DNA of 64,000 bases from an uncultured Candidatus Micrarchaeota archaeon (GCA_903884505.1 CAISET010000015.1:10819-74818); one strand, 5' to 3'. Counted from the first letter of the stretch, positions 29,632 through 39,428 are shown. Notes: generated by a model not told the origin, from the letters alone. Made by a program: numbers and translations.

Positions 29632-31115
29632 TTCGCATGGCCGATTTGCGCGACAACACCCGCTGGCTGATACTCCTTACTGTGATAATCGGCACCTTCA
29701 TGGGTAGGCTGGACCAGACAATCGTTAACCTCGCGCTGCCCAAGATAATCAGCGAGTTCTCAATCAGCGTCCCGGATGCGGGCTGGATTGCAACCGCCTA
29801 CATACTCGCGAACGCAATTTTCGTGCCAGTGTGGGGAAAGCTCGGCGACACGCAGGGAAGGAAGAAAATCTACATTCTCGGATTCACAATTTTCATTTTC
29901 GGCTCGGTCCTCGCGGGACTTGCCTGGAATCTTAACTCGCTGATAGTGTTCCGCATCATCCAGGCAATCGCGGGCTCGGCGGACTATCCGACCGCAATGG
30001 CGATAATCGCGGTCACTTTCCGGCAGGGGAAGGAGCGCGCCGAGGCACTAGGCATCTGGTCCGCGTCCTTCGCAGCCGCGGCAGTGTTTGGCCCGCTCCT
30101 AGGCGGCCCGCTCATAGACACGTTCGGCTGGCGCTCGATTTTCCTCGTAAATTTGCCGGTCGGCATCATCGGCCTCATAATGGCGCTCATCTTCGTGCAG
30201 GAATCCAAGGGCAGGCCGACCGCCAAGTTCGACATCTGGGGCGCAATCACGCTCGGCATCTGCCTTTCTTCCTTCGTCCTTGTCCTGGACCAGGGGCTTG
30301 ACTGGGGCTGGATGTCGACGAACAGCCTGCTCTGCTACTTTGGGACGGTTGTTTTCGGCTGCATCTTCTACCTCATAGACTCGAGCCACCCGGAGCCGAT
30401 TGTCGATTTCAAGTTCTTCAAAATTAACGCGTTCGTGAATGCGCTCGTCAACAACGTAGTGGTCTTCATGGGCATGATGGGAGGCCTCTTCATCCTGCCC
30501 GTCTTCGTGCAGACATACCTCGGCTACAGCGCGACGGAGACGGGCTACCTTTTCATGCCCATGGCGTTCAGCATGCTCATCGCGGCGCCGATAGGCTCGA
30601 GCCTCATAGGCAGGGTCCAGCCGAAGTATGTCATTGCATTCAGCACGCTGCTCGCAGCAATCGGGCTTTTCCTGTTCACGGGCCTTGACCCGCGCTCAGG
30701 CGCCCTCGACCTAATTCTCCCGATAGTTATCATGGCTTTCGGGATGGGCATCGGCATGCCCCAGAGGACAAACATCATCGCCTCCGCAGTGCCCGAATCG
30801 GAAATAGGCATAGCGTCCTCGGTTCTCGCACTGGCAAGGAACATAGCTGGCGCATTCGGCATCGCGCTCTTCGCCACCATACTCAAGGAAAGCACGGGAA
30901 ACTACGCTCTCGCGCTCGCCCAGAACACTGTCATTAATACGCTGGACCCGATGGTAAAGGCGGAAGTGATAGCGCTGGTGGCGCTGAAGGCGCAGATGCT
31001 TGCATACCACGAGGTGTTCATCATCGCCTCTGCGATATTGCTCGCAGGCGCAGCCCTCGCCCTCACGATAAAGGTGAAGGAAACGAAGACAGGACGGGAA
31101 GTCTTCGCGGACTAG
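29628..31115 (+). CDS. EmrB/QacA-type DHA2 MFS efflux transporter
   Basis: LDQTIVNLALP, GKLGDTQGRKK, GPLLGG, WRSIFLVNLPVG. Confidence 0.92.
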   Translation: MIRMADLRDNTRWLILLTVIIGTFMGRLDQTIVNLALPKIISEFSISVPDAGWIATAYILANAIFVPVWGKLGDTQGRKKIYILGFTIFIFGSVLAGLAWNLNSLIVFRIIQAIAGSADYPTAMAIIAVTFRQGKERAEALGIWSASFAAAAVFGPLLGGPLIDTFGWRSIFLVNLPVGIIGLIMALIFVQESKGRPTAKFDIWGAITLGICLSSFVLVLDQGLDWGWMSTNSLLCYFGTVVFGCIFYLIDSSHPEPIVDFKFFKINAFVNALVNNVVVFMGMMGGLFILPVFVQTYLGYSATETGYLFMPMAFSMLIAAPIGSSLIGRVQPKYVIAFSTLLAAIGLFLFTGLDPRSGALDLILPIVIMAFGMGIGMPQRTNIIASAVPESEIGIASSVLALARNIAGAFGIALFATILKESTGNYALALAQNTVINTLDPMVKAEVIALVALKAQMLAYHEVFIIASAILLAGAALALTIKVKETKTGREVFAD

Positions 31116-31174
31116 CTGCTCTTCTTCCAGGCAACTGCCATCGCACGTTTCATTCCAGCAGGAAGTTCTCCTAC

Positions 31175-33607
31175 TCACCGCTTCCTCTTCCAGGCAACTG
31201 CCACTGCGATTCCCCCAAGCCCTGCCAGGATGAAGCCGAGCGGGCAGGTTGAAGGCTGCGGTGTGGGTGAAGGTGAGGCTGTCGGCATCGGAGTCGCGGT
31301 CGGGACCGGTGTCGGAGTCGCAGGCGATTGCAGCTGCGGTGCGAACGAATACACATAGGGGTTGCTCGCGTTGTACCTCTGCCAGTAGTCCTGGTTGTCA
31401 ATTGGTATCGGCGCAGAGATGGAAGTGCCGGTGCTGAGGGTTATGTTCGCTGTGGCGTTGCAGTTGTTCGTCGGCGGGTAGAAGTACGGCATCTCGCCCC
31501 TCCGCACGGTCACGGTGTAGTTGTAGCCGCCAGGCCCTTCGCCGCAGTCGAACAGCCAGGAGACGGTCATGTTGTATTCCTCTGCCGGAGAGCCGTCAGG
31601 GTTCGTGACGTTTAGCTGGATGAAGTTGCCGGGTATCTCGGGCGAGTCGTAGCGCTTCTCGTAGATTGGGTTCCCGTATGCATCATTGTGATATATTTTC
31701 GTGTACCCGATGGCTTCCCCGGACTCCCAGTAGTAGTGGTTCATGTAGTCATAGAAGAATCCGTGCGCCGCGAATATCTCGTCGAGGTTGTCCTGGCCAT
31801 TGTTGTCGCAATCGCCGTGTAGGCCCGGGAGACTCGAATCGTTGAACGCGCGGTAAAGGTCCCAGACGCTCGAGATGTAGCGCGTGCCTGAAAATGGCTC
31901 GCCGAACGTGTGCTGGGAGCCTATCACGCTCCATATCTGGTCACGGCTTAGGTGCACGCAATCCTTCCCGTTCACGGTGTTGTTGTACCCGAGGATGTTG
32001 ACTGCCTGGAACAGGGTGGACTGGTGGTTCAGCATCCTGTAAAGGGTTGAGGCGACCGCCATCTCCTCCGGGTTCCTGACATCGGTGTCCAGGTTTATCG
32101 CCGAGCCGGGCTGCCCGACCCAGTAGTCGTGCTGGTCCGTGTAGTTCCAGTACTGGAGGTTCATCACGCTGAAGAATTCAGCCCAGCCCTCTTCCCAGGA
32201 GTCCGTGGAATTGGGGTTGGACCAGCTTCCGTGGTTGTTGCCTGAGCGCACTGGCAGGCAGTTGAACCTGTCCAGCATCACATGGTGGCCGAACTCGTGC
32301 CACTCCATGTTCGTTGGCGAGGCGTCATAGAAGACGTTGTCATATGAGTTCTGGTTGTCACAGAAGTGTATCCAGTCATCGCTCGGAGGATTCCCGCACC
32401 AGGCTCCGAAGTGGCAGGCGTTGCAGCTCCCGCAGCCCGGCGACTTGTACCAGAACTCCTCCGGAGGCAAATAATCGATTGGAGTGCCGAGCGCCACTCT
32501 TGTGAAATATGATGCTTCCCAGGCGTGGTAGTATATCTTCGCCAGCACGCGCTCCTCGCCCTGATCGAAAGTGAGGTTCATGGCGTAAGTTTCCGGCCTG
32601 GAGAAATTCATAATCGCGGTCTTGCTAAGCACAGCCACCTTGTCGGGGTAGACGTGAATGGCGATGGAGTTGTTCACATCCTCGAGGAAAACAGTGACTG
32701 TCAGCGAACCTGCAGTGTGGTTTGTCAGGTTGACTCCGGGAACTACGACGTAGCCGTTCGAGTCCGTGTAGCCGTCGTAATCGAATGCCAACGAGGCGTG
32801 TTGTACGCAGTACTGCCCCGGCGGGCAGTACTGGCTGCCGCCAATCGGTTCGGTCACGTATCTGGCAGTTACCTTGGCATCCCTCAGTGGCTTCGTCACG
32901 TTATCCTTGTCCACGAACTGGGCCGAGCCGAGGCGGAAGTTGCATTTCGTGACATTGTTGCAGCCGGCGGCGCAGTGATAGCCGTTGGAAATCAGGCAGA
33001 GGCCGAGCTGCTGGCCGCAGGCCTTCTCCACGTATTCATCGCCGTAGCAGCCGGTTGTGCAGTTGGTGCAGTTCTGCGGCGGAGCGGTCTGTATTGGTAT
33101 GGGGGTGATGGAAGGTGACTGGATTGGCAACGGCGTCACCATGGGTGTTGCGGTTGGAGTCTGAGCCGGCGTTGGCGTCGGAGTTGGCGCGGGTGCGGCA
33201 GCGCATCCAGGCATTGCTGCGCTGCATCCATACGGGCAAGCGGTTGACTGGGCGTACTGGCAGGCACCGGTCGCACTCCTGTATCCTCCGGAATAGTAGA
33301 TTCTGTCCGAGCAGTAATCGTTGCACGGCGCTGGCGTCGCCGTTGGAGTCGGCGTGGGAGTGGGCGTCGGCCTCGGCGGCGAGTAGCATGCGGTGCCGTC
33401 CCGCGTGCATTGCCCGGATTCGCAGGCGGTGTCCGTGCGGCATGTGCAATTCCCATACACGACCGAGCAGCCGTAGTGGTAAGTGCCATCAGAGCAATAT
33501 TCGAACGGGCAGTAAGGCGTCGGAGTCGGGGTCGCAACCGTCCTTGCATTGGCAGCAAGCGCGAAAAGGGCCAAAACTGCAAATGCTAAAACCGCTCTGA
33601 CTTTCAT
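31175..33607 (-). CDS. Surface-anchored zinc metalloprotease (gluzincin-like) with Cys-rich N-terminal modules
   Basis: Signal peptide at ATG 33607 (GAGGTGA RBS); PT linkers; WHEFGHH...WEEGWAEF; C-terminal CPLGFIL-TM-KRKR. Confidence 0.8.
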   Translation of the reverse strand: MKVRAVLAFAVLALFALAANARTVATPTPTPYCPFEYCSDGTYHYGCSVVYGNCTCRTDTACESGQCTRDGTACYSPPRPTPTPTPTPTATPAPCNDYCSDRIYYSGGYRSATGACQYAQSTACPYGCSAAMPGCAAAPAPTPTPTPAQTPTATPMVTPLPIQSPSITPIPIQTAPPQNCTNCTTGCYGDEYVEKACGQQLGLCLISNGYHCAAGCNNVTKCNFRLGSAQFVDKDNVTKPLRDAKVTARYVTEPIGGSQYCPPGQYCVQHASLAFDYDGYTDSNGYVVVPGVNLTNHTAGSLTVTVFLEDVNNSIAIHVYPDKVAVLSKTAIMNFSRPETYAMNLTFDQGEERVLAKIYYHAWEASYFTRVALGTPIDYLPPEEFWYKSPGCGSCNACHFGAWCGNPPSDDWIHFCDNQNSYDNVFYDASPTNMEWHEFGHHVMLDRFNCLPVRSGNNHGSWSNPNSTDSWEEGWAEFFSVMNLQYWNYTDQHDYWVGQPGSAINLDTDVRNPEEMAVASTLYRMLNHQSTLFQAVNILGYNNTVNGKDCVHLSRDQIWSVIGSQHTFGEPFSGTRYISSVWDLYRAFNDSSLPGLHGDCDNNGQDNLDEIFAAHGFFYDYMNHYYWESGEAIGYTKIYHNDAYGNPIYEKRYDSPEIPGNFIQLNVTNPDGSPAEEYNMTVSWLFDCGEGPGGYNYTVTVRRGEMPYFYPPTNNCNATANITLSTGTSISAPIPIDNQDYWQRYNASNPYVYSFAPQLQSPATPTPVPTATPMPTASPSPTPQPSTCPLGFILAGLGGIAVAVAWKRKR

Positions 33608-33624
33608 ATGACTCACCTCCGAAC

Positions 33625-34227
33625 TCACGCCTGCCTTATTTCAATCGTCTTCACCACGCTCTTGAGCGGGGCGCCGTTGTAGGAGACCGTGACCGTGAAA
33701 TTGTGCAGCCCGTAAGAGATGCCCGTGCACGTCGTGCATGAGGGCACGTTGAACCCGAAGTGCTGTTCGCTCTCCCCCTGCGGAAGGTCTAGCGTCATCT
33801 GCGTATCCATGATATTGCGGCCCCTCGAGTTGGTGATGCCGACAAGCGAGACGTTCACCCCCTGGAGCCTGCGCGCGGCGGTTATGTTCACGACTATCGC
33901 CATCTGGTCCAGCGCGTGATAGGAATCCCCGTCAGTATATACTTCGAGCGAAGTTATATCCTCGGGCAGGACAGCGCCGGAAGGCGTGGGGCTGGCAAGC
34001 GATTGCGTGGGCGCAGGCGTAGGGGTTGCGACGGGAGTTGCGAAGGGCGTTGGCGCTGGCGTCGGAGTCTGAACTGGAGTTGGCGTGCTCATCGGGGTAG
34101 CCACGGGGGTTGGCGTTGGCGCGGGAGGCACATTTCTGTCAATCCCACCGCTATATACTACTATTGCCGCTGCCGCCATCACGACTGCGAGCAGAACCAC
34201 AACAAGAATCCAGGTCTTCATACTCAT
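33625..34227 (-). CDS. N-terminally anchored surface protein with PT-rich stalk and Ig-like domain
   Basis: N-terminal TM, PT repeats, beta-rich domain with CTTC. Confidence 0.75.
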   Translation of the reverse strand: MSMKTWILVVVLLAVVMAAAAIVVYSGGIDRNVPPAPTPTPVATPMSTPTPVQTPTPAPTPFATPVATPTPAPTQSLASPTPSGAVLPEDITSLEVYTDGDSYHALDQMAIVVNITAARRLQGVNVSLVGITNSRGRNIMDTQMTLDLPQGESEQHFGFNVPSCTTCTGISYGLHNFTVTVSYNGAPLKSVVKTIEIRQA

Positions 34228-34241
34228 GCCCCCTTTGATTT

Positions 34242-34366
34242 CAGAACCCCCGATGCGCTGGCTTTAGTCGCCTTCGGCGACAACTGCGCAACTCACGTTG
34301 CGCATCGCCAACTTCGTTGGCGACTGCCTGTTGCGCGTTGCGCAACATCGTCGGTTCCTGAACTTC
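34242..34366. mobile_element. Modular hairpin element, copy A (MITE/REP-like)
   Basis: Ends CAGAACCCCCGATG ... CATCGTCGGTTCCTG (imperfect inverted repeats) shared with copies B and C; four internal hairpins. Confidence 0.75.
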
Positions 34367-34409
34367 TGTTTTCCGCTGGCGCTTTTTATTATGTTCTTAC
34401 AATTTCCGA

Positions 34410-34469
34410 TTGAACGCTTTACCATACGCAACCCGATGGTAATCGGATATGCGTTGGGAAAGGGTTCAA
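34410..34469. other. Long imperfect stem-loop abutting the tRNA-Cys 3' end
   Basis: TTGAACgCTTT/AAAGgGTTCAA, ACGCA/TGCGT, CCGAT-GGTA-ATCGG nested pairings. Confidence 0.55.
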
Positions 34470-34540
34470 AGCAGAGGATGGGAGTCGAACCCATCTGTTC
34501 CGGTCTGCAGCCGGACGCGTAGCCGCTCCGCCACCTCTGC
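34470..34540 (-). tRNA. tRNA-Cys(GCA)
   Basis: GCAGAGG acceptor stem, TCCGG-CTGCAGA-CCGGA anticodon arm, GTTCGACTC T-loop, U discriminator; CCA not encoded. Confidence 0.95.
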
Positions 34541-34703
34541 AGAACCCCCGATGCGCAGGCTTGAGTCGCCTTCGGCGACAGCTGCGCAACTTCGTTGCGC
34601 ATCGCTCTTCGTTCCAAACGAGCTCGCTCACCGCGCATATCCAGTCGCCTTCGGCGACTGCCTGTTGCGCGTTGCGCAACATCGTCGGTTCCTGCACCTC
34701 CGC
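34540..34703. mobile_element. Modular hairpin element, copy B, directly abutting the tRNA 5' end
   Basis: Same termini as A and C; two GTCGCC-TTC-GGCGAC hairpins plus TGCGCAAC-TTC-GTTGCGCA and TGTTGCGC-GTT-GCGCAACA. Confidence 0.75.
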
Positions 34704-34752
34704 CGCTCTGGCGGAGGAGCTTTCTATATTGTGTTAGTCTGGTTTAAAAACG

Positions 34753-35742
34753 CTAGGAGAGGAAGGCGTCGTAGCTGTGGACATCGACAGGCTCATCATC
34801 CAGGAAGATGCGCTTATCCTTCACCGTTTCGCCGATAGCAACTAGTTTTCCGCCGGCTGCCTCAACCGCCTTCTTCGCCTTCCCGAAATCTTTCTTCCGC
34901 AGGGAAACGAGCAGTTCGTAGTCCTCACCCCATTCGAGGAGGCGCACCGGGGAGGCATGCTGCTGGAGGTGGGCGAATTTTTTCGCTTCGGCGGAGAAAG
35001 GCAGCTTCTTCGATTCGAATTTGAACCCGCAGCCGCTTGCATTCATCAGCTCAAGCGCGGAAGCGAACAGGCCGTCCGTGATATCCATCGCCGCAATTCC
35101 GCTGCGCAATTTCGCGAGTGCTCTCCCCTCCTTCAATCTTGCGCGGGGATTGGTGAATGCGCTGATAAGGCGCTCTTTCGCCTTGCCATCCATCTCCCCC
35201 TTCGCCTTCCCCAAAAGAATCTGGCAGCCGCAGTAGGCGTCCCCCAGGTTTCCGGTCACGCATAGGACATCGCCGGGCCTGGCATTCGAGCGCCTGAGCA
35301 TCTCCTTCTCTCCGCTGCAAACTCCGAGCGCGGAGCCGCAGAGCGTCAGGATGTCCGCCTTCTTCGTATCGCCGCCTGCGAACGAGCAGCCGTGCTCCCT
35401 GCAAGCGGAGTCTATTCCCGATGAGATGCGGCGGGCGAACTCGAACTCCATCGCGGGCGGCAGGCCGAAAGCGACAAGGAGCGCAAGTGGCTCTGCGCCC
35501 ATGGCAGCAAGGTCCGAGAGATTGGCAACCGCGACCTTTCTCCCGATTGCCTCGGGTGGCATCATCAGGGGGAAATGCGTTGGCGCGAACATTATATCCG
35601 AGGTGATCACAAGCTCCGAATCCTTGTGCCTTATCGCCGCCGCATCATCGAGGCCGGCGGGAATTGAAAGCGAGGAAGAGGCGTAAAGGCCGCGCGCAAG
35701 CGCCTCGACAATCCTCTTCTCCCCGAGCTGCGAAAGCTTCAT
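34753..35742 (-). CDS. thiL: Thiamine-monophosphate kinase
   Basis: GEKRIV, DDAA, NLSDLAAMGAEP, GGDT, MDITDGL, GEDYEL. Confidence 0.95.
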   Translation of the reverse strand: MKLSQLGEKRIVEALARGLYASSSLSIPAGLDDAAAIRHKDSELVITSDIMFAPTHFPLMMPPEAIGRKVAVANLSDLAAMGAEPLALLVAFGLPPAMEFEFARRISSGIDSACREHGCSFAGGDTKKADILTLCGSALGVCSGEKEMLRRSNARPGDVLCVTGNLGDAYCGCQILLGKAKGEMDGKAKERLISAFTNPRARLKEGRALAKLRSGIAAMDITDGLFASALELMNASGCGFKFESKKLPFSAEAKKFAHLQQHASPVRLLEWGEDYELLVSLRKKDFGKAKKAVEAAGGKLVAIGETVKDKRIFLDDEPVDVHSYDAFLS

Positions 35743-35824
35743 GGAACAGAGCTGCGCAGCGAGCTTTTATAACCCATGCTGCAATTATTAAGCGGTAATG
35801 AAGTCGAGTTTCTAAGGTGATAAT

Positions 35825-36913
35825 ATGAACCCGTTCGAGAAGATGCTGCCGCCCGTAATAATGAGCGCGGACGAGCAGCTTTCAAAGGGAATAAGCGAGC
35901 TGGAGAAGTCGAAGACCTGCGTGGTCGTCGTCAGGGGAAGCGATTACTACGGAATCCTGGACGACAGGAGCATCGAGAAGATGCGCTCGGACCCAATGAC
36001 CACAAAAATAAGCGCGGTAGCCGAGACAGCGCCCCTTATCCCGAACGGCGCATCGCTGCTGGACATCTGCAAGCTCTTTTTCGCAGGCCCGTACAAGTCG
36101 CTGCCGGTTCAGGACGGCGGGAAGGTAATCGGAGTCATTACCAGGACGCAGGTGATTGAGTCGCTGCTGAGCATGGGCTTGCTCGACGGGAAGGTCAGCG
36201 AATTCATGAACGCTCCCGCAGTCACGATAGTCGAGACCGCGACGCTCGCGCAGGCGAGAGCGAAGATGAGGGAGATGAACGTGAGGCGCCTCATAGTCTG
36301 CAACGAGAAGGGCGGAATCTCCGGGCTCGTGAGCACCTATGACATGAAGAAGGCGGTCCCGAAGCAGAAGGCGCCCTTCGTGCATGACAAGTATTCTACG
36401 GATAACCCGCCGGTCGCCTCGGCGATGAGCGAGGAGGTACTGATTATAAAGCCTGAATCGTCGCTTTCGGAGGCCGCGAAGAAGATGGTCGAGGGCGGCG
36501 TCGCCTCCCTCGTGGTGATGGATGGCCAGAAGCCCGTCGGGCTGCTGAGCGCAAGGGACCTTTTCGAGTCCATAATGTTCAAGGAAAAGGCGCCGGTCTA
36601 CATCTCAGGCCTTGACAACGAGGGAAGGCAGTTCGCAGAGGAAATAACCTCGGAGTGCGAGAAAGAGGTGGAGCGGCTCGGGAAGAGCTTCGACCTGGAA
36701 TACCTTGCGCTCCATTTCAAGCGCTACGGGAGGAAGCACTCCATCCACGCGAGGCTCAAGACCAACCAGTTCGGGATAATCTCCGCGAGCAACCACGGGT
36801 TCGACATGCAGGGCGCGCTGCACGGCGTTCTCGCAGAGCTCAGGACGATACTGATGGACCAGAAAATAGACCCGATGCATGAGAAAAGAAGGAAGCCCTT
36901 CAGGGGCCTCTAG
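35825..36913 (+). CDS. Tandem-CBS protein with C-terminal HPF/RaiA-like domain (possible ribosome hibernation factor)
   Basis: Four CBS-like repeats; the C-terminal ~100 aa has a beta-alpha-beta-beta-beta-alpha-like pattern. The HPF call is inferred. Confidence 0.7.
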   Translation: MNPFEKMLPPVIMSADEQLSKGISELEKSKTCVVVVRGSDYYGILDDRSIEKMRSDPMTTKISAVAETAPLIPNGASLLDICKLFFAGPYKSLPVQDGGKVIGVITRTQVIESLLSMGLLDGKVSEFMNAPAVTIVETATLAQARAKMREMNVRRLIVCNEKGGISGLVSTYDMKKAVPKQKAPFVHDKYSTDNPPVASAMSEEVLIIKPESSLSEAAKKMVEGGVASLVVMDGQKPVGLLSARDLFESIMFKEKAPVYISGLDNEGRQFAEEITSECEKEVERLGKSFDLEYLALHFKRYGRKHSIHARLKTNQFGIISASNHGFDMQGALHGVLAELRTILMDQKIDPMHEKRRKPFRGL

Positions 36914-36926
36914 CTGGTGTGGCCGG

Positions 36927-37325
36927 ATGAGTAAAACGCAGAGGGGCATAGTCACCGCGCTCGTGATGGGCGCAGTCCCGCTCCTCCACGTTTTCCTATT
37001 CTGGAAGTTGTGCAACGAGGCGAAGGTCCGCTGGAAGCTGGCGGGGTTGAACTCGACCCTCTATGCGGCGGCGCTCCTCATCCCTGTACTGAACATCTAT
37101 CCGCTGTACCAATTCCTTGTGCTCGTTAGCTCGAACCTGGAAAAGGATGGGAAAAAGGGCTACGGGCTTCCGCCCCTGGCGCTTTCCATCGCGGCCTCAG
37201 TCTGGCCGCTCGCCCTGATGCCCCTCGTCTGCCCCATCGTGCTGCTGCTGGCCTGGCTCGCATGGCTCTATATAATCTACAGGACGCAGTCGCTATTCAA
37301 CGAGAACGGCGTGGAAACGCTCTGA
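36927..37325 (+). CDS. Small membrane protein
   Basis: Several hydrophobic segments; fills the gap between co-oriented genes. Confidence 0.7.
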   Translation: MSKTQRGIVTALVMGAVPLLHVFLFWKLCNEAKVRWKLAGLNSTLYAAALLIPVLNIYPLYQFLVLVSSNLEKDGKKGYGLPPLALSIAASVWPLALMPLVCPIVLLLAWLAWLYIIYRTQSLFNENGVETL

Positions 37326-38108
37326 GTGGCCTTTATGCGCAAGCCCTCCCTCCTGATAATATCCGCGTCTTCCTCAGATGGCTGCGCAGGCATGCAGATG
37401 GACATCCAGGCCGCGGCAAAGCTCGGAGCCATTCCCGCGTGCGCAATAACCGCAGTCACCGCGCAGAATTCGGTTGGCGTGCAGGGCATCTGGCCCGTTC
37501 CGGTGAAAGCCATCCGCCAGCAGATAGATTCCGCATTCTCAGACCTCGACATCTGCGCCGTGAAAGTCGGGATGCTCTGGGGAAAGCAGGCGGCAATCGA
37601 AGTGGCGCATTCGCTGGGAAAATGGGGCGCACTAAATGTTGTCTTCGACCCGGTTATGGGTGCGCAGAGCGACAGGAAGGGAATGGCTGAGAAAGGCGCA
37701 GAGAACGCCTTCCGCGCAGTTTGCGCAGTCAGCGACCTGGTGACTCCAAACCTTGAAGAGGCAAAAGCGCTCACAGGAATAACTGTTCGCGACCAGGAAT
37801 CTGCGTCCAAAGCCGCATGGAAGATTATGGAGACCGGCGCGCAGGCAGTCCTGCTGAAATCTTACCCTTGGGACAAAGGCGTTCTCGCGGACCTCCTATT
37901 CAATGATGATGGCCTCGGAATCTTCAAGAAAAAGAAGCTTGCAACTTCAACGCACGGCGGCGGCTGCCTCCTCTCCTCAGCGATTGCGGCAAGGATGGCG
38001 CTAGGCGACAATCTCATTGACGCGGTCTCGGCCGCGGAGACTTGCATCGAGCAGGCGATTGCAGGAAGCGTGCAGGCAGGCTGCGGAATCCGGTGCGTGA
38101 AACTTTAG
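37326..38108 (+). CDS. thiD: Hydroxymethylpyrimidine/phosphomethylpyrimidine kinase (divergent)
   Basis: ITAVTAQNS, AVKVGML, FDPVM, VTPNLEEA, THGGGC. Confidence 0.85.
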   Translation: MAFMRKPSLLIISASSSDGCAGMQMDIQAAAKLGAIPACAITAVTAQNSVGVQGIWPVPVKAIRQQIDSAFSDLDICAVKVGMLWGKQAAIEVAHSLGKWGALNVVFDPVMGAQSDRKGMAEKGAENAFRAVCAVSDLVTPNLEEAKALTGITVRDQESASKAAWKIMETGAQAVLLKSYPWDKGVLADLLFNDDGLGIFKKKKLATSTHGGGCLLSSAIAARMALGDNLIDAVSAAETCIEQAIAGSVQAGCGIRCVKL

Positions 38109-39428
38109 TCAGCACCGAAAAGAGACTGGGCGACTTCTGCGAAACGCTCCATGCGCAATTTTGCGATCGGTGAGTCGTAATGCGCGTGGCTGAAGTTGTA
38201 TTCCACGCGCCCAGAATCCGCATTATAAGCATGATAAATGGCCGCGAACCTTTTCGAAAGCTCCTCAACCTCGAGCAGCCTGAATGCCTCATCCAGGTAA
38301 AACGCGAACTCTGCGACCTGCTGGCCGCTAACGAGCAGTGAATCAGCGTAAATCCCGAGTTCCTTGTCTTCGGAAGGCCTTTTGCCGATTGCCTCATTTA
38401 TCTTCTGCGGAAGCTTCTGGGAATTGAGGTGGATTACGCCGAGTTCCATGAAGAATCCCTTCAGCTGCCTTACCAGCTCCTCCTCGAACTTCCTCTGCAC
38501 TTCCGCCTCAATGTCGTTCGAATGCCTTGCGAGCTCCACTTCCACCTTCTCATCCACCTTTGCGCGCATCCTCTCCTCGCGCGCCGCCTGTGCGCTGAGA
38601 TAACCCTCCATTATACTCAGCATCCTCTTCCTCTGCTCGGCCTCCTCCTGGTCATCTGCAAATTTGTTATCGGGTTTTGAAAGCAGGGCGGTGACTCTGG
38701 AGCGGACGTCTCCCACACCCCTTGCCTCTGCCAGTTTCGGGGCATCCCTCTGCTCTTCGAGCTGCCCCTTTATTTTCACTCTCCACTCCTCCGCAACCTG
38801 CTTCTTCAGCTTCTCCCGCAGCCCCATTTGCGAAGGGGTCGCAGGCCCTGTAAAAAGTTTGTCTTGTTCCTCAAAATCGGCATTCAGCAGCCTGGAGCCG
38901 AGCTTCGCGAAGCGCTTTGAATGCGCAAGCTCGCGCAGCACGTCCTTGGCAGCGCCGCCGTTCTCCCCGACGAGCGTTTTTGAAATGCCCCGTACACATC
39001 CGAGGTACTTCTCCTCCGCAGCAGCGTCCATCACGTCCCAATGCTCCTTCGCCATTCCCTTCTCCTGTGCCGCGTAAGCGCTGATTGTTGCGCGCGCATA
39101 CTCGAGCCAGCCATCCGTATCCCTGAGGAACCCTTCGGCAACCTCCAGGCGCCGTGCGCGCTCCTGCGCTTCAAGCGTCTTCTTGTCCGGGGCAAGAGGC
39201 AAGTAAGAGGGGAGATGCATCTCGCTTTCCTTAATCCCATCCTCCCCCGTAAAGAAGCCAGGCGCGACATCCTCGCCATACCGCGCAAATAAGAAGCACA
39301 TGGGAAGGTTTACGTCCTCGTCCTTCGCATGCTCCGCCATCTTCAGCCTCGTCCCCGGAAGAAGCTTCTCTAGGATTTCGGGGAGCGTCTTCGGCCTTTC
39401 CTTCGGCTCGGCATCCTTTACCAGCATA
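38105..39428 (-). CDS. Hypothetical charged helical/coiled-coil protein
   Basis: Long ORF with E/K-rich heptads; no recognisable motif; start uncertain. Confidence 0.7.

Noticed and set aside
34242..34703. Palindromic repeats as a CRISPR array
   Set aside because: No constant repeat with regular unique spacers and no cas genes; the units are adjacent hairpins of varying type.
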